Assembly (NCBI GenBank): GCA_012862495.1
Contig: BLSG01000449.1
Location: 119,483 to 167,856, forward strand
DNA from: Thraustochytrium aureum
Lineage: Eukaryota
Length of the DNA: 48,374 nt
Direction of reading: 5' to 3'
The notes under the pieces are model-generated. The model was not told the origin of the DNA and ran no database searches. It worked only from the letters and a program-made list of their open reading frames with translations. The position numbers and the translations under genes were made by a program. Within the stretch, counting starts at the first letter, position 1. The number at the start of each line of letters is the position of its first letter. Below are positions 20,434 through 31,115 of the stretch, piece by piece.

Positions 20434-22365
20434 TCACACGGCGCGATTTTCCTTGATCATGTCGCGCAGGTCGATTTCGTTGTCCCCCGACAGGGAAATC
20501 TTGTACAGCTCCGTCTCGTAGCCCCAGATGCACTGCTTTTTGATCCAGTCAATCCACTTGTGCATCGAAATACCGTCCTCCTGGCAGCTCTTGTACAGGC
20601 GCTCTACGTCCACATTGTCCAAATACTCGACATAGGCCTGCTGGTCAATCTTGAGCGACTCGCGCTCTGCCAGGATTTTGATCGTCGCAAAGAGCAGCGT
20701 AAAGTGGACGTACATCTCGTCGTTCACGCGGCGCCCCTCCTCCTGCAGGACGCGCTTGGCCTCGCAAAACGCGCACAGCTCTCCAGGGGCGCCTTGGGCG
20801 AGATCCTGCTGGCCCTCCTGTTCGCCTGCGCGTGGGGACCCGAGGACGCCCACCTCGCCGAGCCCCGCGTTTGGGTTGGGGCTATTGATGCCGCGTGGCG
20901 AGGTGGCCGTGGCCTCCCGCTCGCGGCGCTGCTCATCGATGTACGCCTCAATGTACTTTGACCTGATCCACGGTGGCCAGTCGCAAAACTGGACGCGCTC
21001 TTCGAGCACAGTCTTGTACAGCCTGGGCATCGGCAGCATGCTCAGCTCGAAAGCTGCAAAATTGGTGTCGTCCTTCAACGAGCTGTCTTCGTAGTCAAGC
21101 AGGATCATGATCTGCGCTGCTTTGCACAGCATTTGAAAGTGGAAAAACATCGGGTCGTCCCCGAGGCGCTGTGCGCCGTCTTGGCAGGTGCAGGTACCAG
21201 GAGCGAGAGCGGCCGCCATTGCAGCTGCGCCATAGTCCTCCTCGTCCTCCACTCCTGGCGCTGCAAGGTCTGCCTGGTGGCTGCCGGCCGGAAGTTTGGC
21301 CTCTTGCTCGTCGCCCGCCGCCGCAGATTGCTCAGGGCCACCGCGCTGGCCTTCGATGGCGGTCCCGTTTTCGTGTCCGCCGTTCACCCCTTGCGGGTCG
21401 TGCTTGGTCTCACTCAAAGGCCTGGCGGAGGGATCGGAGGGATCGGGCGACGGGTCGGAGCCACCGTTTGCGCCAGGCGGAGTGGCCTTGCTCTTTTTCT
21501 TCTTGCGTGTCTGTGCTCGTGCAGGCTGGTCGGGTTGCTGGCGCTCGTAGAGGCGGCGGAATTCGATTGCAACGGGCCGTTTTTGCTTGGCAACGAGCAT
21601 CCCGATTTGGTGCATCGTCATGCCTTCCACGTTGGTCTTGCCGATGCGAATCACCTGGCTGCCAAAATGGACGAGCCCCGAGCTCTCAGCCTGCCCCTTG
21701 GTCCCGTCGGGGTTGTTTTCGAACGAGGTGACTAGAACACGCTTGCCTACGTCGGAGATCTGCAGGCCTAATGGCCCATCTTTGAACACCACGCTAACAG
21801 TGTCGTCTCGGCGGCGCGCCGTGGTCCCTGGTGGCGGCGGCGGCGAGTTGCCTGGGCTACGCGCGCTGCTCGGCGACCGCGCACTGCTGGTCTCGCCGGT
21901 CAAGCTGTCGGCGCCGGTGAGCGACAGGTTGCGCAGGCGAAAGCTCAGCGACTTGTCGACGGGCTCGAGCCGCATCTTGGTGCCCACGGGAGGGCTAGTG
22001 GGTGGCGCGGCCGGCTGTGCGACCGCGGCAGGGGAGCTCGGCGCGTCGTCTGCCGATACCGGCAAGCGAAACTCGATTATCACTGGGCGGGGCTGCTTTT
22101 TCACCAAGTCGAACACGCCCTCCATGTCCATGTGCTCGCATTTCTGCCCTGCCACCGCGACGACCTGCGACCCGATGCGAAGATCCGCAGCCCCAAGCGC
22201 TTGCCCGTCCAAGTGCCAAACCAGAACCCCCTTGTTGGGGACGTGCAGGATTTGCAGGCCCAGAGGTCCTGGTCCAAACGCAAACGAGGAGCGCCTGTCG
22301 GAGAGCTCGATCGCGTGCAGCTTCTCCAGAGCCCCCTTGCTGAGCTTCCTTCGCCCTGCCGACAT
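20434..22365 (-). CDS. Protein with two PDZ domains and a duplicated uncharacterised C-terminal helical domain
   Basis: FGPGPLGLQI...GSQVVAVAG...V.DLVKKQPRPVIIEF and FKDGPLGLQI...GQAESSGLVHFGSQVIRIG...KRPVAIEF are PDZ patterns. Confidence 0.85.
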   Translation of the reverse strand: MSAGRRKLSKGALEKLHAIELSDRRSSFAFGPGPLGLQILHVPNKGVLVWHLDGQALGAADLRIGSQVVAVAGQKCEHMDMEGVFDLVKKQPRPVIIEFRLPVSADDAPSSPAAVAQPAAPPTSPPVGTKMRLEPVDKSLSFRLRNLSLTGADSLTGETSSARSPSSARSPGNSPPPPPGTTARRRDDTVSVVFKDGPLGLQISDVGKRVLVTSFENNPDGTKGQAESSGLVHFGSQVIRIGKTNVEGMTMHQIGMLVAKQKRPVAIEFRRLYERQQPDQPARAQTRKKKKSKATPPGANGGSDPSPDPSDPSARPLSETKHDPQGVNGGHENGTAIEGQRGGPEQSAAAGDEQEAKLPAGSHQADLAAPGVEDEEDYGAAAMAAALAPGTCTCQDGAQRLGDDPMFFHFQMLCKAAQIMILLDYEDSSLKDDTNFAAFELSMLPMPRLYKTVLEERVQFCDWPPWIRSKYIEAYIDEQRREREATATSPRGINSPNPNAGLGEVGVLGSPRAGEQEGQQDLAQGAPGELCAFCEAKRVLQEEGRRVNDEMYVHFTLLFATIKILAERESLKIDQQAYVEYLDNVDVERLYKSCQEDGISMHKWIDWIKKQCIWGYETELYKISLSGDNEIDLRDMIKENRAV

Positions 22366-23225
22366 GTTGGAGCGTCCCCAGGCCGTCTGCCAAGGCCCAA
22401 GGGATTCCTCCTAGGGTCGGTCGTCCGCGAGCTATCCCAGCGTTTGCGACCGACCGCAGAAACCGCTGCGACAGCCGCCGCCACGCCCTGTTCGCCGCGA
22501 GCAGACCCTCCTTCCCCTCCCCCCGTCCCCAGAGCGGCCTCGCCGCAGCCAGACGAGAAGACCTTCCTCCGCCTCTCTTCGTGGGCAGAGTCTACAGGAA
22601 GCGCAGCGTGAGCCGCGGCAACACGCTCGACGAACGTCCTCGAGGCAGCTCCTGTGCAGTTCAGCAAACCCAGCAGCGCCAACGCGGCGAGCGCGGCAGT
22701 ACGTACGTACGCCTCGAGCACCGTGGCTGCCGGCCGCAGCGCCAACCGCCGCCAGCGCAGGCGCCCGTTCACGCGCTCCCGTTTCCTGCGGTCCACGTGT
22801 CGTCGTCGTTGTCAATGCAACAATGAAATCAACGCAAGGCGCTCCATCATGGTGGGAGACAGTGCCAATGCCATCGATCGCCGCCTGCCCCTTCTCTGCC
22901 CCCTCAACTAAGAACTGCGAGCCAACCGCAGGGTCACTGACCCCCTCAGTGAAAATATAATAGTTCGGAGAATTAATGTGCGATATAGACTGGCTCTAGG
23001 GAGAAAAATATGCCGAGGAATGGGGAAGAGGTGACCTGTAACGGATTTGTTGTTGCGCGGACGCGGAATTGGCCTGGCGAGGCCGCCGCGCGGGCGCCGA
23101 GGTAGAGGCGCGTCGCGTTTGGTGGAGCGAGCTACGGTGCCGCGCGTGCGGCTGAGCTGGCTCTACGGGCTGGCGCTGTACGCGACGGGCTGGCGCTGCA
23201 CGCGACGAGGAGGCTCTGGGAGGGA

Positions 23226-24102
23226 ATGGCGAGTCGCCGGCGGCCCTCGAGCTGGGAAAGCCTGGTGTATCATGCCGTCGCGCTCGGCGATGTCGAGCAG
23301 GTGCTTGAGCTGATTAACGCGGGACAGACGGAGGCTGGTGAGGGGGCACGTGCGCGAGAGGGCGAAGCCGAAGGGCACCGAGGAGCGGGCGAGCGCCGCG
23401 CCCCGCCCAAGGTGGACCTTCGCAGAGGGTCTGGAGCGAACAAGACCACCCTGCTGCACCTGTGCTGCGTCAAGCAGAGCACCAGAATGCTGCAATTCAT
23501 GCTCTGCGAGCTAGAGCGATACCCAGAAGAGGTAAGTTTGAGGCTGCTCATGGTATCTCAACGAGGTGAACTCGGCTGACAGTTGCGCCTGTCGCGGCGA
23601 AAAGGAGCGGGCGCTGATTGTAAACCAGCGCGAGGACAAGAGCATCGGAGGCTACTCGGCGCTGCACCATGCGGCAGCAAAGGGGTGCTGCCAAATCATC
23701 CAGATGCTCTTGGAACACGGCGCGGACCCTGACCTCGCAGACACGAACTGCAAGTTCACCCCGCTGCACCTGGCTGTACGCAACGGCAAGGTTGACGCAG
23801 CCAAGCTGTTGGTGTGCCGAGGGGGCGCGGACGTGAACGCACGAGACGCGTTTGGGAACAACGCAGCGTTTTGGTTTCGGGAGCTCGCGCTCCAAGACGA
23901 GCAGGCCGAGCAGATCCTTGGCCCGCCGCTGACCGCCTCGATCGAGGAGCGGTTCTTCGCGATCCACGCGGACCGGACCAAGCGCGGCTTGCCAACGTCA
24001 GAGCTGGCAGACGCGCCGCTGAAAGACATCCCTAGCTACCGCAGCTATATTAAAGCCAAGCCCAAGGCTGGCAAGAAGGGCAAAGGGAAAAAGAAAAAGT
24101 AG
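23226..24102 (+). CDS. Ankyrin-repeat protein with polybasic C-terminal tail; join(23226..23531,23605..24102)
   Basis: Ankyrin motifs TTLLHLCC, GYSALHHAAAKG..LLEHGADP and TPLHLAVRNG..GADVNARD. Removing the phase-0 intron joins the ORFs as ...ERYPEE|ERALIVNQ.... The tail is KAKPKAGKKGKGKKKK. Confidence 0.87.
23532..23604 (+). other. Spliceosomal intron (73 nt)
   Basis: Donor GAG|GTAAGT at 23532, branch-like GCTGAC at 23575-23580 and acceptor AAG at 23604. Splicing restores the frame; the AG at 23607 is an alternative in-frame acceptor. Confidence 0.82.
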
Positions 24103-24223
24103 GCCGCCTGTTGATTTGGTGCAAGGACGGCGGCGCAGGCCGTGACCTTTTTGTGTGGTTGTAGTTCCGGGGCCAGCTCAGGACGGCGTACACGTATTGT
24201 CAGTTGCCCTCTTGGTGCTGCGG

Positions 24224-24310
24224 AGCGCCAAACCGACACGGCCTTCGGAACGCACACTCGCGCTACAAGCGCCAAACCGACACGGCCTTCGGAACGCACA
24301 CTCGCGCTAC
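24224..24310. repeat. Exact tandem duplication with 44-bp period between the convergent ankyrin and MCU genes
   Basis: AGCGCCAAACCGACACGGCCTTCGGAACGCACACTCGCGCTAC occurs at 24224 and 24268. Confidence 0.92.
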
Positions 24311-24333
24311 GCTTGCGCTGCGCTTGCGCTGCG

Positions 24334-25584
24334 CTACGCTCGCCTGTCCGTTTCCTCGGCATCGTCCAAGGGATACCTCTGCCCTCCGGCGTCGGCACCA
24401 GCAGGGTCCTCCGCGGGTTGGGCAAAGTCGTCCTCTGCCAGGCGCAGCTCGCGGAAAGGGTCTTGGTTGACCTGCTTTGGCTGCTTTGCCCGCGCAATGT
24501 CCTGCTCTTGCTGCTCGCGGTGCTGTCGGCGCGCTAGGTCCAGGTCTCGGTCGAGCTCTGCAAGCGTTGACTGCGGCAGGAGCGTGCGCGGCGGCTCGAG
24601 CACGAGGAGCTGCTTTTCAAACTTTAGCGCGAGCGACTGGAGCTCAGAGTACTTGTTGATGTCGAAAGAGTACGCGTTGTAGAGGCGGCGAGCTTTGCGC
24701 TGCGTGAGCATGGCGGCCAGGGCGGGGTAGCTGTACTCTATCTTGTGGTACTGGAAGAAGACAAGCCCCATTACGGCCGTGCCAAAGGTGATAAAGTAGG
24801 TGATGGGCTCCATCACGTCCCAGCCGAACCGCGAGAAGAAGGTGAGCTTGGCGATCACAGCCGCCTGCGAGAGCAAGTACAAGAGGCCGACGGTGAGAAC
24901 ACGCTTGGTGTGGCGCGCGGCCTTGGCATCGAGCGGCCGCTTCTCGACCTCCATCTTTGCAAGCTCGCCGAGCGTTGCGTGCAAATTCTCGCGCTTCTCC
25001 TGGATGATCTCTGCAGTGCGCCCTTCCGGGCTGAGCGAGAGGCGGTATCGCATCCCGTTGATAGAGACGTGCAGGCCGTCTTGCTCTTGCGACATGGCGT
25101 GGAGCTGGTCATTGGAAAGTGGGACCTCGATATTGAGCGCGTTGGGCTGTTCATAGCTCAAGCCCGCCTCCGCAAGCGCCTTGTTTTGCAGGAAGGTCTC
25201 CCACTCGGCGCTTGTAATGCGCCCGTCGCCGTTCATGTCGGCGAGCAGAAACTCGTGAAAGTCTACTGTCTGGTTGGACCCGAACCGCGCGTACTTGCTC
25301 ACCATGTCGTGCATGTCGGCGTCCTTGTCCGAGTCGTACACCTTGTCGAGAAACCGGAGCATGCGCAGCTTGGCGTCCAGCGGGAGCTGGCGCTTGGGCC
25401 CGCCGCTGCGGCCGCCGCCGCCGCCGCTGCTGCTACCGCCGCCGCCGTATCCCCCGCTTACGGCGGAGGCAAGTGCGCGCGAGGCCGTTCGTGCCGGGTC
25501 GAAACTGCGAGCGAGTCCAAGGCAGCTCAGCGGCCGTTTCAGCCCTGGCCTCCCAAGCACGGCGCGCCTTGCAAGCGGCAGCAT
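24334..25584 (-). CDS. MCU: Mitochondrial calcium uniporter (MCU) homolog with N-terminal EF-hand
   Basis: Arg-rich, acid-free presequence MLPLARRAVLGRPGLKRPLS. Then a coiled coil, TM1, selectivity filter FGWDVMEPITYF (WDxxEP), TM2, EYSY and a C-terminal coil. EF-hand loop DMNGDGRITSAE. Confidence 0.93.
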   Translation of the reverse strand: MLPLARRAVLGRPGLKRPLSCLGLARSFDPARTASRALASAVSGGYGGGGSSSGGGGGRSGGPKRQLPLDAKLRMLRFLDKVYDSDKDADMHDMVSKYARFGSNQTVDFHEFLLADMNGDGRITSAEWETFLQNKALAEAGLSYEQPNALNIEVPLSNDQLHAMSQEQDGLHVSINGMRYRLSLSPEGRTAEIIQEKRENLHATLGELAKMEVEKRPLDAKAARHTKRVLTVGLLYLLSQAAVIAKLTFFSRFGWDVMEPITYFITFGTAVMGLVFFQYHKIEYSYPALAAMLTQRKARRLYNAYSFDINKYSELQSLALKFEKQLLVLEPPRTLLPQSTLAELDRDLDLARRQHREQQEQDIARAKQPKQVNQDPFRELRLAEDDFAQPAEDPAGADAGGQRYPLDDAEETDRRA

Positions 25585-26507
25585 GACTGCGGCCTCGCTC
25601 GACTCTACCGCGGTCCCCTGAACTGCGAGCGAGCGACCGACTTGCGAGACTCTGGTCGAATCGGTTGGTGTGTTGGTCGTCGGCACGTGCCAACCGCGCA
25701 ATTGCCGCGACCAGCTGCAGCTGCGAACGCCCCAGGCCCTGCTCCGCGCGCTCTCGCCCTGCGCTCCACGCCAGAAAGGCCTCGTCTCCCGCGCGCGCCG
25801 TCCTCGCGTGGTGGTTTTGACGGCGCTGACGCAGAGTCCGAGGTGGGTCGGTCGGTATTGCGCCGTTGATGGTTTCTCGCGTCACACGACAGCAATCAGC
25901 GGCTCGAGCCGACCTTGTGTTGACGATGTTCACCAGGCCGAATTCGAGCGTTGCTTACGGCGACAAACGCCGTCACACAGCTCTTTCTGCCCGGCTGGCT
26001 GGCTGGCATGGCGGCTGGTGGCGGTTTGCAGAGCCAGCTCCCCGCAGGTCCGCGACGGTGGCACCTGTTCCCAAACTGCTCGCTGCTCTCCTCTGCAGGG
26101 GCGGGCCCTCGCACATTTGTTTGTTTGTTTGTTCGTTGAGTGCGCGGCGCACGGCGCAGTTGCTGTGTGCGGAGGCAGGGTGGCCCTCGTCAAGACTGGC
26201 AAAGCGCTCTTCGAAAGCCCACCAGTAGAGGACGAAAGGGTTTGCGGCGGCGATGAAGAGCTGGCGAGCCGAGCACGGCGCGGTTTGGCCTTTTCCTGGA
26301 AAAACAACGAATCCCATCATGAGGCTGCCGCGCTGAGCGCGTTTTGTTGAGAAGAAATTTGGTCATCATCGAGTACTCTACCAGTTGGTCGCCTCCCTAC
26401 TAGCTCTAGCTAGAGAGCTGTCGTAGAGCTTGCCTGCGGCAACAGTAGATGCAATAATCCCNNNNNNNNNNNNNNNNNNNNNNNNNNNNNNNNNNNNNNN
26501 NNNNNNT

Positions 26508-27095
26508 TGTCAGCCAGCTTGGACGCGTCCGTCTCGAGGAGCTGGAGCTTGACGCAAAGCAGGCCAAGCTGCTCGGCAGCCAATAGGGCCACGAGCGGCG
26601 GCAAGGCGCCCTGCGTGGCAACCGGGACGAAGGCCAAAACACTCCAGATCCCCGATGAGCATCTTGACCTTGATGTGCAAGACAGGCAGCACAGTCGTGG
26701 CGAGCAGCGAGGCGCTCACAATACACAGCAACGCGTCCATATCGGCGCTGCCCGAGGCTCTCAGAAAGAGAACCGCTACGAGCCCGCAGAGCGAGGCAAT
26801 GCCCATGAGCGCCTGCATCCAGGGCACCTCGTTCCGCAGCGCGAGCGACGCCGTGAAGATGGCCTGCTGTGGCAAAAACCAAGCGGCAGGTGCAGCGCCT
26901 GCGTGGGCGACACTTGCGGGACGAGGCCAGCCGCCGCGAGCGCCGACGCCGCCATGGTCAACCCCACGGCGACCCCGATGCTGCGCTGGTGCGGCATGAG
27001 CAGGTGCGCCTTGCCAGCCTTGCGCAATGCCACGAACGAGGCCATCGTCGACGCAAACAAGACAAGGCCCCACGGGCTTCCGCCAGCAGGTCCAT
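26508..27095 (-). CDS. Small multi-pass membrane protein of unknown function; three apparent homopolymer frameshifts; 3' end at an N gap
   Basis: Reconstruction: MDLLAEA|PWGLVLFASTMASFVAL...LHLPLGF|LPQQAIFTASLAL...HIKVKMLIG|IWSVLAFVPVATQGALPPLVALLAAEQLG.... Shifts are at 27074-27076, 26874-26878 and 26650-26653, giving several hydrophobic helices. Confidence 0.55.
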
Positions 27096-27843
27096 CTCGC
27101 AATCGGCCTTCTCCCCGCCTGCGTCCCGCGCCACCCCGATGCAGCCAACCGAGCCGGCCTCGCGTCCCAAGCCCCCTCGCGCACGGCAATGCCCGAGTGG
27201 GCGCTCAGCTTGCGCAGCTCATTTTCGACCAGCCCGCACCCGCCCTTTTTCCCCGCTTCGGGTTAGGGCGCTTTGAATCCTCCAAGATGCGCACACGGCG
27301 CGTCAGCGACATCCACTTGGCCGCCGCCGTGGCCTTATCGCGCGCCGGGCGCGAGCCGCCTGGAGCCCGCAGCCGTGCCCGACATGGCCTTCGCTGCCCG
27401 CGCAACCTATTCCTGTTCAAAAGTATGTAGCCTAGTTCTTGGCTCGCGGCGCGGGCAGCGATCGATCGAATCTGCGCAGATTGAGCTCGCTGGGCGGTGG
27501 GAGGCGAAGAATCTAATGCTACATCACGGGGAGATTCCCGCGCAGAGGGGCGGTGCGTCGGTCGACAGCTGCTCATCGACCAGAGGGCGCCGAGCATCGA
27601 TCAACAGATAGATGAGCAGATGGATGCCGCGCCTGTTGGTCGGCTTGTGCCAACGCTTGCCGCTGCTTTCCTCGTTCGCTCACGCCGCGGAGGGAGCGTG
27701 AAGGAGGAAGGCCTGGAAGATAGAGTATACTCTACTGAGTTTTTACTCTACTAGCTAGGTACGCCGATTGGCGTCCCGACTCGGAACGAGCAGGTTGATG
27801 CCAGTCACGGTGGTCTGTCTTCCTGACACCAGCAAGCGCCCCA

Positions 27844-27874
<31 letters not shown>

Positions 27875-28078
27875 AGTTGTGAGGAGGAGGAGGAGGAGGA
27901 GAATGAGGCCTGAGCCGCTGTTGACATGCGGAAAGTGGTCGTCTCGCCGCTAGAATACCAGGCAGTGCTCGAACGTGGAGACGTCCGCACCGTCCCTAGC
28001 AAAATCGATCGCGCACAAGGATTGTTTGACAGACGCAAGGGCGGGCGAGCGAGCGAGCGCTGGAGCGCTGGAGCGAGG

Positions 28079-28597
28079 ATGGACTACGCAAGCTTTGCGG
28101 TGCTGCTGTCGTTGGAGCGGCTGACATATGGCGTGGTGTGGAAGAAGCCCGCGACGATAAGCAAGGTCTCGTCGATGGTCGGCATGCAAAAGCAGGAGCC
28201 CGAGTTTCTGTTCACGCTGGTGCGCATGTTCAAGCTCGTGCAGATCTATGTGTTCAGCACCTGGTACTACACGCACTATGGGACGAGCTTGCCCTCGCTG
28301 TCCTGGGCCCAGTTTATGATCGGGCTGCCGCTTCTGGCACTGGGCCAAGTTCTCAACCTCCTGGTTTGGTACCGGATCGGGGTCGAGGGCGTCTGCTATG
28401 GATCCAAGTTTGGCCGCCAGGTCCCTTGGTGCACGCAGTTTCCCTACAGCCACTTTTCTCACCCGCAGTACCTCGGGGCCATCTTGACTGTGTGGGGCAT
28501 GTTTGTGTTTTCCTGCAACGACTGCTCCGACTGGTACGTGCTGCCAGTCGTGGAGACTCTGCTCTACTGCTGTTCGATGTATTACTGGGAGGCCTGA
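28079..28597 (+). CDS. Phospholipid N-methyltransferase, PEMT family (plant PLMT-like)
   Basis: LGQVLNLLVWYRIGVEGVCYGSKFGRQVPWCTQFPYSHFSHPQYLGAILTVWG matches the PEMT/PLMT core. Hydrophobic 172-aa protein; AGGATG start context at 28079. Confidence 0.88.
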   Translation: MDYASFAVLLSLERLTYGVVWKKPATISKVSSMVGMQKQEPEFLFTLVRMFKLVQIYVFSTWYYTHYGTSLPSLSWAQFMIGLPLLALGQVLNLLVWYRIGVEGVCYGSKFGRQVPWCTQFPYSHFSHPQYLGAILTVWGMFVFSCNDCSDWYVLPVVETLLYCCSMYYWEA

Positions 28598-28763
28598 GCT
28601 TGGCCGGCCGGCGCTCGGTGGCTGCAGGTGGCCTCCCCCATGTTTGAAGATATAAAGAAGCAAGCGCGCTCGAGTAGCTAGTTATCAGTATTTTCTGCGT
28701 CATTTCCACGGCACCATGGTCTCCCTGCGCTCGCCTGCGGCATGCTCTCTCTGCGCTCGTCGG

Positions 28764-30304
28764 TCAGAGCTCTGGTGCCTGCTCGTCGGCCGCGGGTGCG
28801 GCAAATTCCTTGGCGAGAATCACGTCGCTGGACAGGACGTATGGCCCTTGAGCGGCGTCCAGGCTGCGCAGCGGCAGGTTGAGCGAGCCAACCGCGTCGT
28901 GAAAGTGACGCATAAGAGCATTGGGGAGCTGCATGCGGACCATCACTTCGTCCGGGGTTCGCGGGGCCACAAAGATGTGGCGCCGATAAGAAAAGTGCTT
29001 GGGCACCCAGATCCGCCTCGGCGTGTTTGGCGACCCAAAGGCAAGCCCAAACCAATCGTAGCCGAGCCACGAGTTGCAAATCGGGTTGCCTCTCAAGTAC
29101 GCCAGAGCCCATGACTTGTAAAAGCGCAGGCGCGTCAGTGGAGAGCGCAGCATGGCTTCGTTGCGCGCGGCGTGCTCGGCCAGGAGGTAGAGCCTTTCAA
29201 GCTGCGAGCCATTCGCGAGCGCCGCGCGCAGTTGGTCGTGCACGTCTGAAGCCACACGCGCGGCCCATGCGGGCGACTGCTGGCTTGCAGTTGGCACAAC
29301 AACGGGCGCAAAGGCGAGGCCGTTCCCAAAATAGTTGGTTGGGGTGAGGCGTTCCCTCCCGCGGGTGTTGACAAGCATGCGCGCCTGCATCGGGACGGCG
29401 CCGAGTCTGGTCCCGCTCTGCGCAGCCTCCGCGGTTGCCAGCGCTTGCAGCAGCATCGCGATCATAACCTCGTAGCTCGAGACCCACTGGCCTTCGCCGA
29501 GGTCGCCTTGGAGGGCTGCCTTTGCTGCATTCAGGTCGCTCAGCTTGAGGGCAAAGTCGCAGCGCGCGTCCAGCTGCGTGCCGAGCACAGCCCTGCCGAC
29601 AAACTTGGCAAACTGGGCCACCGTGAGGCGGCCGTCCGTTTCTTGAGACCACCTTACGCCCTGTTGCGCGAGGTCGGCGAGAGCTGGTTCGGCCACTTGG
29701 GGAGGCAGGGTCCGGTCGGGCGTCGGCGCGGCAGGGAGCTCGGCGGGAACGGGCTCGGCTCCGGCGCGCCGGCACGTAAAGTGCGACCACGCTTGGAGGA
29801 AACTGATGATGCTGGCGCCGTCCGCCGCGGCGTGCACGAAGGCGGCGGTGAGGACCGAGCCCGCCCGCCCCGCAGGAGCGTCAAGCGGGCGCGGAAGAGC
29901 GGCTTGCTGGCCTTTGGCTCGGTGTACACGAGCGGGTTGAGGCCGTCGAAGAACTGGTTCCAGCTTGCTGTCGTCGGTGCCGCTGGCGACTCTGGTGCTG
30001 GCGCGGGGCTGTCTTTCACGACCTCGAGCGGGGCTCCCCGTGAGTTCTGGAACTCGATGCGCTTGCCGTCGCGGATGCGCCCTGCGAGGGCGGGGAACAT
30101 GTCAATTGCATCTTGCAGGCCTGCGACTACGTGATCTGGCTCGAGCTGGTCCTGGAACCAGTACCCGATGGGCACGTCTGGGACCCACAGGTAGAGCGCG
30201 TCGCAGGCGCGCAGCTCGACGGGGTCGGGGGTCAGGCTTTGTGGCTTGATCCAATGCCGCTTCCGCCTCGCCGGCGCTGGGCTCTTGGGCGGATTCGAGG
30301 GCAT
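28764..30304 (-). CDS. BAHD-type CoA-dependent acyltransferase (HXXXD), one apparent frameshift near 29861-29870
   Basis: Motifs L..AIDMFPALAGRI, PLFRARLTLL, VHAAADG (HXXXDG), VSSYEVM.A, VNTRGR...NYFGN, and NSW...LAFG (degenerate DFGWG). The frames join with one extra G in a G run (LRGGAGSVLTAAFVHAAADG). Confidence 0.85.
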
Positions 30305-31115
30305 TCTGTTTGTGTTTCCAAGCAAGCGCCGCAGCACTTTTTCTGTCCAGAGCCCCTTCTCGAGTTGGATTTGGGATTTGCCTGCTTGGTGATGATCGAT
30401 CGATGGATCGACGTTGCGCGGCGAGCCACAGATGTGCCACATGCGTGTGCGCTGTGTCTCGGAGCAACGATCGCGCATCGAGATGCGCAAGGTGCTGAAA
30501 TCCTTGCTGAAATCCTTGCTGACACTGTGACGGGACGGCTGGCCAAGTCCTCTACCAACGTACAGAACTCTCCAGCTAGGAGAGAGGTTCACGCTCGCCA
30601 GGCTACTTGGCGTGCAGGTGTTGGCCCCGCGCTGGCCCCGCGCTGGCCGTTCGTCCAACCAAAGTGCGTCAGTGCGCTGGACTCAACACACCCCACTCGT
30701 CAATTCAATCTTGCATACTTACATCCCAGTAGAGTAAGGGTACGGTACACTCTGTGAGAGCAGAATTCGGACTGGCCGAGGAGTTGCTTCCAATTCGAAG
30801 GATGGCGGCAGCACAAGATTGTGCTGGAACGGTCCCTGCTGCAACTGCCTGCGAAGATGTGCGACTCCGGATTGCTGGGTCGGCCCTTCGTGTGGCCCCC
30901 CTGGCTCTGGTTGATCGGGCTCATCGTGTGGACGTCAAGCAGGTTGATGTGAACGCTCGGCAGTCCCACAACCATCGTCCACGCGCGAGCGAGCGAGGCA
31001 GGAGCTGGAATTGCATGGATGGGTGGGGTGGGTGGGTGGTCAATTGGCACAGATGCGAACCCAGCGCAAAATACGGTATTTTGTAGTGATAATGGTTGGA
31101 CGAAAGGAAGAATAA

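Noticed and set aside
27926..28078. Longer N-terminus for the PEMT-type gene
   Set aside because: The extension is not family-like and contains the ATCGATCG upstream motif; ATG 28079 has the shared start context.
30493..30522. 12-bp tandem repeat (TGCTGAAATCCT x2.5) and CCACTTTCCGG x2 at 32320
   Set aside because: Short local slippage duplications with no further support for function.
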